The translations under genes and the position numbers were made by a program. From assembly GCF_009914755.1 (NCBI RefSeq), contig NC_060935.1: a DNA stretch of 64,000 bases, one strand, 5' to 3'. This document shows positions 55,259 through 64,000 of the stretch, one piece after another (the first letter of the stretch is position 1; each line of letters opens with the position of its first letter). The notes under the pieces were generated by a model. The model saw nothing but the letters and a program-made list of their open reading frames with translations, searched no databases and was not told the origin of the DNA. Source of the DNA: the human T2T-CHM13v2.0 reference genome, Homo sapiens.

Positions 55259-56320
55259 TCTCATGATAAAACTTAACTAAAGAAGTTGCTTCTAATGGAT
55301 AAGCAGAGAAAACTTCTTCCTGAGATCAAATCTAGCTCTAGTGAAGACGCTGTGAACATTGTTGAAATGACAGCAATGAATTTAAAATATTACGTACACT
55401 CAGTTAATAAAGCAGCAACAGGTTTTGAGAGAATCATCTCAAATTTTGAAAGAAGTTCTACTGTGGATTGTCAGCCTAAAATAACCAAAAAGAACAGAAT
55501 CTAGTTCAAGGAGAGCTTACTGAAGTGCAAAAGTTGAGGTTAACCAACTGAGAGAATAGATTGAAACAGACCAAAATGGAATATACGCTCAGATTAGCAG
55601 AGTTACACATAGGATTTTACAGAAACAAAGAAGAGGCAGTTTCTAAATTGTTTACCAGGAATTTGAATTAGAATAACATAAGCTATTGATTGGCTATGTA
55701 TCACTCTTTGTATCATAAAGTTCAGAAACATAAAGATAATGGATGAGGCAGCTAGTCAGGAACAAGATGCTTTTAGACAATTGTCCCCTGGCATAGGTGT
55801 GGAGGCATGAGTGAAGCCCATACTCATGTTTCTGGGCCTAATAAATTTTGCATACCTCACATAGCTCAGACGGCTCTGCACTATTTTTTTTCCCATGGTA
55901 AAATAATATCAAATAGCATCTTATGCTACAGGGAAATCTTTTGTGGAAGGAAGAGTCAATCGATGCAGCAAACTTCATTGTTGTTTTATTTTAAGAAATT
56001 GCCACAGCCACGCAACTTCAGTAACCACCACCCTGATTATTTGCAGTCAACATCTAGGCAATTCTCTTCACCAGCAAAAAGATTATGGACTTACTGAAGG
56101 TTTAGGTAATTATTAGAATTTATTAGCAATAAAGTATTTTAAATTAAGATATGTATATTGCCTTTTTAGATGTAGTGCTATTGTAAACATCATAGACTAC
56201 AGCACAGTGGAAATATAACTTTTATATGCATTGAAAAACAAAAGAAAAGTATGATTCACTATTGACACATTTGCTTCAGTGGTCTGAAAGAGAATCTGCA
56301 ATATCTCTGAAGTACGCCAG
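55259..56320 (+). mobile_element. Tigger1 3' portion (transposase C-terminal remnant plus TIR), split by an LTR
   Basis: ORF remnants LLLMDKQRK...EDAVNIVEMT...FERSSTV and KIISNSILCYREIF...QTSLLFYFKKLPQP; ends atatctctgaagtacgccag-ta. Confidence 0.9.
55469..55895 (-). mobile_element. ERV1-class solo LTR (MER72-like, family uncertain)
   Basis: TG...CA ends; interrupts Tigger1 at GGGT (copies ggat/tggt); gagcagtctgagctatgtgaggtatgcaaaattt-like sequence on the minus strand. Confidence 0.75.
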
Positions 56321-56406
56321 TATATTTATGTTAGTCACTGCCATGACACTAAATCCTGGCACTGTGCTCTGTATGGAGTAAATGTTCAATAAATATTTCT
56401 AGAGTG

Positions 56407-56699
56407 GGCTGGGTGCGGTGGCTTATGTCTGTAATCCCAGCACTTTGGGAGGCCGAGGTGGGTGGATCACTAGGTCAGGAGTTAGAGATCAGCCGGGTCA
56501 ATATGGTGAAACCCCATCTCTACTAAAAATACAAAAATTAGCCAGGCGTGCTAGCGCGCACCTGTAGTCCCAGCTACTTGGGCAGCTGAGGCATAAGGGC
56601 CACTTGAACTGGGGAGGTGGAGTCTGCAATGAGCCTAGAGCATGCCACTGCACTCCAGCCTGGGTGACAGAGTGAGACTCCATCTAAAAAAAAAAAAAA
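56407..56699 (+). mobile_element. AluS (Sg-like)
   Basis: Full dimer; TSD tctagagtg 56398-56406 / 56700-56708. Confidence 0.92.
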
Positions 56700-56783
56700 T
56701 CTAGAGTGAATTAAGAAATAGGTTAAGAAATAGGTTTGTTCATATGAGGTTATTTATGCCTAAACCAGCTCCGGTTGAATTTC

Positions 56784-56827
56784 TGTTGCTGGCAACCAAA
56801 AGTGTTGTTGCTGGCAACCAAAAGTGT
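56784..56827. repeat. Perfect 2 x 22-bp tandem duplication in an MLT1-type 3' end
   Basis: tgttgctggcaaccaaaagtgt repeated twice. Confidence 0.95.
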
Positions 56828-57306
56828 TCTTACTGACAGATACATTGCTTGAAATCAGATGAGGTTGATAAGTATGTTCCTCAGAATATTTCCTGTTGGC
56901 TTGAACACCCCTGTTGCCCTACTCATAAATTTACCTTAATTTTAGTGTCAATTCCATATCTGGCTTTAGATTCTTTCCCATGTTCCATGTCAATCTAAAA
57001 GTTTATCTACTACAAGGAACTTTTTTTCTTTCTACCATTTTTCTGTGATATTTTCCTCTTTTGAATCTCTAAGTCCTTCTTATATTCTGTTTTGTAGAGT
57101 AGCTGAATTCCTTCTGCCCACTCGTATTAAATCAATCTCTCATTTGCCTCTCCACCAAAAGACGACGATCACTGAATTTGCTACTATACTTTATACAGAG
57201 TTCTGTTATTATCCAGCTTATACAATATCACAATTATGTGTTTGCTCACTTTTCTCACTCTATATTGTTTTATTATTCAAATGGATGAGAATTTATTAAT
57301 CCCAGT

Positions 57307-57702
57307 TGATATGGTCTGGATCTGTGTCCTCACCCAAATCTCATGTTGAATTGTAATCCCCAGTGTTGGAGGTGGGGCCTGGTGGGAAGTGATTGGATCA
57401 TGGGGATGGTTTCTAATGTTTTAGCATCATCTCCCTAATGCTGTCTAATTATAGAGTTCTTATGAGATCTGACTGTTTAAAAGTGTGTGGCACCTTCTCC
57501 CTTTTTCTTTTTTTCCTGCTCTAGCATGTAAAGACATGCCTGCTTCCTCTTCACCTTTCATCATGATTTTAATTTTCCCGGGGCCTCCCCAGCCATGTCG
57601 CCTGTAGAGTCTGTTGAACTATGAGCCAAATAAGCATCTTTTCTTTATAAACTACCCAATCTCAGGTATTTCGTCATAGCAGTGTGAGAATGGACTAATA
57701 CA
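57307..57702 (+). mobile_element. MSTA solo LTR
   Basis: tgatatggtctggatctgtgtcc...gaatggactaataca; TSD ccagt/cctgt. Confidence 0.92.
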
Positions 57703-57838
57703 CCTGTACTCTAGCCTTGCCCATAAATAGATGTTTACTGACTGAAGTTTGCCGAGGAGACTAAAATCTTCTTCAAGACCCACTCCATGTGTTATTCCTC
57801 CCCATAAACTTCCAAAATCAAAAACAAAGGACAGTCAC

Positions 57839-58715
57839 TATGGCAGAGTCTCCTAACTGTCCTACAGTAACTATTCTCACTTTCTTCCATAGGAATAGAA
57901 AACTAATTTTCGGGAGGGCTATGGGCTAGCCAGACTAAAACTACATTTCCCACCCTCCATTGTGAAATAAGACCATGTGATTGAGTTCTGTCCAGTAGGT
58001 TAGCCCAATTGTCCTTTTGTAGATTTCAGGAAATTTTTAAAAGGCATCTCTGTGTATATTTTATTCTTCACCACTTCCTTATTCCTGTTATCTGGAATAT
58101 GAATGATATGGTTTGGGTCTGTGCCCCACACCCAAACCTTATGTCAAATTGTAATCCCCAATGTTGGAGATGGGGCCTGGTGTGAAGTGATTGAACCATA
58201 GGGTAGATTTTCCCTTTGGTCCTTTTCACGTGACAGTGAGTGAGTTATCGTGAGATCTGGTTGTTTAAAAATGTGTAGCATCTTCCTCCTCTCACTTCCT
58301 CCTGCTCTGGCCATGTAAATTGTGACTGCTTCCCCTTTATTTTCTGCCATGAATGTAAGTTTCCTGAGGCCTCCCCAGCCATGCTTCCTGTACAGCCTGT
58401 GGGACTGTGAGCCAATTAAACATATTTTCTTTATAAATTACACAGTATCAGGTGGTTATTTATAGCAATGAGAGAACAGACTTATACATTGAATGTGATG
58501 GCTACTGACCCAGCTATCACTTTAGCCCATGAGGCAATCCCATGGTGGAATAGGGAGCTAGATAGAACTGTCATTTTATTCTCGAGTAGAGCTGCTGTAA
58601 CATTTTGTACTGCATACACAAAATATTTTACATTGTGAAAGAGAAATAAGTGAGGTTATTTGTCTGTCTGTTTGAGCCACTCTTATTTTTACAATGCATA
58701 AGCAAGCCCATAGTT
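57839..58715 (+). mobile_element. Old MLT1 (I/J-like) LTR split by an MSTA
   Basis: tggcagagtctcctaactgtcc...actacatttcccacc...ccatgtga...; resumes tgtgatggct...catgagg after the MSTA. Confidence 0.6.
58104..58488 (+). mobile_element. MSTA solo LTR
   Basis: tgatatggtttgggtctgtgccc...gaacagacttataca; TSD atgaa/ttgaa. Confidence 0.92.
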
Positions 58716-59503
58716 TATTCTCACAAATTATTTATTGAGTCCTATTAATGTTGAGTTATTCTTATCCATACATCTTTAGTAATTCACCTTACCTGAAAGT
58801 GTTTGAAAATATAATTGATTTGATTTGCAATAGTCCTTTAGAAGAATATAGCAAGGGAAGCGTAGTACAAGAAGTAATCATAATCTTAGAATTAATCAAA
58901 ACAAAAACACTATTTTCTACTTGGTGAGCAACAGCATGTCATGGAGATAGACAATAGGAAGTTCACTCAGTTTTATACTTTGCCCCCAAGGAACACATAG
59001 TCGATTGGGGGACAAAGATGTAGCAGACAGACACAAAACTATCTGTGAGAATTTCCTAGTTTGTGTATACAGATTAAGTATACTGGGATAAAGAAAAGAA
59101 AAACAAAATTTGGGCCAGAAAAACCAATGACAAATCTTTGGCATTGAGGCAGAGGTCTCATTTTCCAAGAACTTTCTGATGACCATGGGCATAGTGCTGG
59201 CCCTACCTATGGTGGTTGGTCTGTCAGGAGACCCTGTGAGTCATTGTCCCCAGCTATGGGACTTAGGATTTTGAATATTGCTGGAGGAAAGAGCTCATTA
59301 GAGAGGGGGAGCAAGTCAAGGTGAAATTCATGTCCAGCTGAATCCAGGGGAAATTCATAAAGGCAGGAGGCATCATGAGGAGAGACTGATACCCCACTTG
59401 CAGCATCACTTGAAGGTGAAACTGCTGAATTCTAGAAGACATGATTTTGACAAGTAAGTTAATGATGGAAGGGCTGAAAAGAAAGAATAATAAAATACCT
59501 GTA

Positions 59504-59810
59504 GCCTGGTCATAGTGATGCACGCCTGTAATCCCAATACATTGGGAGGCTGAGGCAGGTGGATCACTTGAATGCAGGAGTTTGAGACCAGCCTGGACAA
59601 CATGGTAAAACCCTGTCTCTACAAAAAATACCAAAATTTGCCAGGTGTAGAGGTGCATGCCTGTAGTCCCAGCTACTCAGGAAGCTGAGGTGGGAGGTTA
59701 GTTTGAGCCTTAGAGGCGGAGGTTGCAGTGAGCTGAGTTTGCACTATTGCACTCCAGCCTGGACAACAGAGTGAGATCCCAATCTCAACAAAAAAACAAA
59801 AAAACAAAAA
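59504..59810 (+). mobile_element. AluJb-like
   Basis: Full diverged dimer; tctctacaaaaaata linker and gaggtgggagg J-type diagnostics. Confidence 0.9.
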
Positions 59811-59814
59811 ATCT

Positions 59815-60621
59815 GTGGACCAAATGCAGGATTTTACCACATGAATGCCACAAGTGGTGAAAATAATATAAATGTCCTGTCAGGTGAAGTGGAAGGAAAC
59901 GGTAAGTCCTTCAAATTTGTTCATAAAGTGAGAAGTGTCCTGACTGAAAGAGCTGAGCTTAGTCTCTATTTGGAAAGGTCAGACATTAGGAAAGGAATAT
60001 GGACTCTGATGGTTCCTAAATCCCCATTTGCCACCTCCTGGAGTGGAAAACATTTTCTGAGGCTGAAATGGGATTACAGGTGTGAAGGGGAGATGGGTCC
60101 CTGATAAGGAAGAAGCACTGGAAAATAACATCTAAGGTTGGGATATCAGGGGGACGGTGAGGGAGATGGAGTAGGCATAATTGAAAGTGAAGGAGGTCTG
60201 TCAGGGGAAGAAGACCTGACAATCAATCCAGCAAGGTGAAGAGAACAGGAGAGTAAAAGAAATAAAAGAAGGGTATTCTAAAATGTCAAGAGTCAGTAGG
60301 GCCAAAGAATTTGGCCAAGCCCATTCAATGGGTTTGACAGAGATTAGGATCCCAAGAGAGAGTCATGAATTCCTGGACATAGGGAACTTCAGACCACTTA
60401 GAAGAGTTGCAACAGGAGGGGTCACACTGCAGAACAGTGTTGGGGGCAAAGGGCCCACCAGGAGGCCAGGATTGATGATCCGAAAGTTTATAAAGTGGCC
60501 ATGCTGTATTCCACAAGAAAATTAGAAATTTCTTTTTGAGAGCCTGAAAGTCAAATTTATCCCAATATTTTAGAATGCTGCTGAGGGACAAGTCTGAGGG
60601 AATGGAAGGGCTTTGTCCCAT
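59815..60621 (-). pseudogene. gag: ERV gag remnant (matrix, Pro-rich linker, capsid N-terminus)
   Basis: MGQSPSIPSD..ILKYWDKFD..LKKKFLIFLWNTAWPLYKL..WP..KWSEVPYVQ is a HERV-H/W/9-type MA; downstream PLQEVANGDLGTIRVHIPFLMSDLS is the CA start; stops and frameshifts present. Confidence 0.85.
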
Positions 60622-60914
60622 GGTGGGACTAAGGAAGAACATCTGCTGGGAACACAAACCTTATTTCTCTTGGGGCATCCCAGCAAGGAAAGGGGATTTC
60701 ACTTATGTCCTCTGAGGGACTCTGAGATCCACTTTCCAAAGGGGCATCCCACCTACTGGCATTAGGGCCTTACTGCTGGATGAACACTGGGTGATCAACC
60801 CCATGCAGCCCAGGTACGAATTACGCTGGGTGCTCAGTCCAGGTACAAGGGGAAAAGGTTGAGGGAAGACTCACCATCCTGGTGCTGTTAGGGATCATCT
60901 GGCTTAAAACATCA

Positions 60915-61475
<561 letters not shown>

Positions 61476-61737
61476 TTAAGCTGCACCAGGCAGTGGCCCT
61501 GGCAAATTGCCATCAGTTGCCAGAGGGATACTAGAGACTGTCTGCTGGAAGACTGGAAGGAAAGTAAACTAAACTTTCACCTGATGTGGTGGTGGCAGTT
61601 AGATCTCTTTCCACCAGGACCTTCTGATTCTCCGGAGAGTAGGCCCTACCAGGGACCATTGGTTGTGTCTGGGCTTGGACGTTATCACAGAGATGTTGGA
61701 GTTGGAGGAGAGGAAAGGGGGAGAGTAGAGAAGAGGT

Positions 61738-61755
61738 TTCCTGTACAGACCATCA
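61738..61755 (-). other. Retroviral primer-binding site, tRNA-Ile type (decayed)
   Basis: Minus strand TGATGGTCTGTACAGGAA vs TGGTGGCCCGTACGGGGA: 13/18, all mismatches transitions, 3 nt after the LTR's terminal CA. Confidence 0.7.
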
Positions 61756-61758
61756 AAA

Positions 61759-62124
61759 TGTGGGTGCAGCTGGCTGGGTATGATGTTGTAGAAGGTAAAA
61801 GAATTTACCAAGACAATCATGAGTGAAGAAAGGCAGGGATTAGAGAAAGTATAAATACTCATTGAAAGAGGGCAATGGGCAGTACAGCAGAGAGAAGGCT
61901 GTTTGCCCAGAGACAGGGACTGAAGGGAAGTTTTATAGGGTTGTCCTGGAAAGGCTACATGCAAATTGGTCATGCTGCTTGGGCTACACTTGGAATGAGG
62001 TATTTGAGAATAAGACGTTGTACAAACAGGTTATTTGTGGTAAGCTGTTTCTCAGAACAATTGTTCTACCCCACCCTGTGGTCCCCTCCTGGTTGTTGCT
62101 TACTTATCTTATCAGGACTCTGCC
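61759..62124 (-). mobile_element. 5' LTR of the ERV1 provirus (MER83/MER84-like)
   Basis: Reverse complement GAGTCCTGATAAGATAAGTAAGCAACAACC...AGAACAATTGTTCTGAG...CCCTATAAAA...CA. Confidence 0.8.
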
Positions 62125-63209
62125 TTTGGATTTGGGTCTTTTTCTTAATCAAGAGAACATTGTGTGGAGGGAACGTTGGATAAGGAAAATGCAAGACACA
62201 GCATGGAGATCACCAATGTGGAGCAAATATGCAAACAACTGTTTTTCTTTATGTAGATGCTTTTCGATAGAACATGGTGATCTTTAGCACATACAGAGTC
62301 AAAGTGATTTTTAATATAACACTCAGGTGTCTATCATCAACCGTTTTAATATTCTATAAAGCCTACTTGTCATCTCTACATAGAGTATTCTAGAGTAGTT
62401 AAAGAGCAAAGTAAAGTTTTTGATAAAAGTAAACAAAGCTCCCGAGCTAGACATAAAGAAGGCATGTTAAAGGAATCTGACTAGACATACATAGGGGATA
62501 TATTCTAGATAAGTATGTAATGACACTGGCTCTCTGGATTGGGGTGTTATGTCCTTGGAATCTATGAAGCAATCCTGGAAAAACCTTTAATTTCTCAAAT
62601 TTGACCATGAACACTTTCATCTTGTCTCTAAGGATTGTTAATAACCTCCTATTGACCCCCAAGGAACTGGGTGCTTATAATCTAGATGTAAAAACACATA
62701 TAATATCTCTAATAAATTATAATAGAACTATAAAGAAATATATTCAAAACAGTGTGAATTAAAATAAAAAAAAAAAAGAGGACCACTGAATCTATCTGGA
62801 TGTCGAGTTGTTAAGAGAAGTCAAAAACTGAGTGATTGGGCCTTGAAGAAAAAGTATCCCATAAAACAAAAAGGCATTCTAAGAAGAAGAAACTGTGGAA
62901 AAGACACACACTCTTGAAAGTGTTTGGTATTTTTAAATATCAGGAAAGCAATTTCAGGTGGCCAAAGACTAGGTCATACACAATAGGATGAAGAATAGAA
63001 TTAGAAAAAAATGGGAATGGTTTTTTGCCCAAACTTGCTCTCAATATAGAATTAGGCTCTTTGATCTACAGCTGACAATGCTTTGCTTTGAAAGTTTTAG
63101 GGACAAAACACTCCACCTTGCTACTTTGTGGGAATGTCTGTGCCATTTTTTAATAATTCAATTCAATATATGATAATAATTATTACCACTAATACTGAAC
63201 TTACATGAA

Positions 63210-63450
63210 CCTACATATAGCTTGGTAGAGTGCAAATGTTTCGACTTTGGTGCTAAATAATTCTGGTTAACATCTCAATTCTACTACTTTTGAGCTATAT
63301 ATTCCCTTTCCAGCTGCTTAACATCCCACGACCTATTACATCCACTATTACATAAAAAAGATGTATAATTATATTGACCTATAGTGCTGCGTCTATCTGT
63401 GTTACATAAGATGATATATGTAAAGAACCCAGAACCTAGTAGGTTCTTCA
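63210..63450 (+). mobile_element. MIR
   Basis: tagagtgc...gactttggtgctaaataattctgg...taagatgatatatgtaaag...cagaacctagtagg. Confidence 0.55.
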
Positions 63451-64000
63451 TAACAGTTGGTTTCTCCTTGTTCACCTTTTTTTTTTTCAAGTCTTTTTGT
63501 AAATCTCTGGATTAGCTGCCACTATTACTACTTCATCTTTCTTTTAAATTCACCACACAGTCACCAACACAAGGCTGATAGTATGCAAATGAATTTTCTT
63601 GGCGCTTCTGCATAGGGTTGTAAGAAGTTTAAATAAAGGCATCTTGTCATAGCCACTGTTATCCAGACAATTAACCGATCAAGCCTCTGGCTCAGCTGGT
63701 GGCCATGCTTTTGGATAATTATTTTGTTCATTGGCACTGTTTTTAATAGCTTGTTACAGGCTACAAGGATAATACATCTCAATAAATTTAAATGAAATAC
63801 TTTATGAGAAGACCAATAAATAGCAGCATGCTGGTTCAAAATGTTAATTAATATATTATTGACTCACTCAGCAAGGGTTTGGCTTTTTGTCCTAAAGATA
63901 CTGTCTATCTGAATTCTGCTTGGAGTCCTAAGCATTTAATTAATTCCTTACATTTGCTATAGAAATAATACAGGTTTAAAAGCACAAATTTTATATTATT

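Noticed and set aside
61599-62287. 124-aa and 141-aa ORFs across the LTR
   Set aside because: Lie within LTR sequence; no similarity to retroviral or host proteins that I can recognise

Overview
Human (catarrhine primate) non-coding genomic DNA: AT-rich and CpG-depleted, either intergenic or inside a long intron. I can support no host protein-coding exon, tRNA, rRNA, snRNA or CRISPR array, and I cannot name the locus. The window is a layered transposon record: ancient MIR/L2, MLT1/MST/THE1 MaLR LTRs, hAT and Tigger DNA transposons, ERV1/ERVK/ERVL LTRs, a truncated class-I provirus with a tRNA-Ile-type PBS and decayed gag, short L1 3' ends, and about 13 Alus (one near-consensus AluYa5, one AluYg6-lineage intermediate). 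The only ORFs with recognisable protein similarity are TE remnants (L1 ORF2 C-terminus, Tigger1 transposase C-terminus, ERV gag). I did not find a convincing new multi-gene system. The most unusual signals are local: (1) a perfect 114-bp tandem duplication that builds an in-frame AG|exon|GT cassette; (2) a perfect 27-bp-stem hairpin written into an L1 3' UTR by template switching, plus smaller examples; (3) a MER11 LTR that keeps a PBS stub and lacks a TSD; (4) young, possibly polymorphic Alus; (5) two repeat-free, motif-dense enhancer candidates. Subfamily names come from remembered consensus sequences, and boundaries of old elements are approximate.
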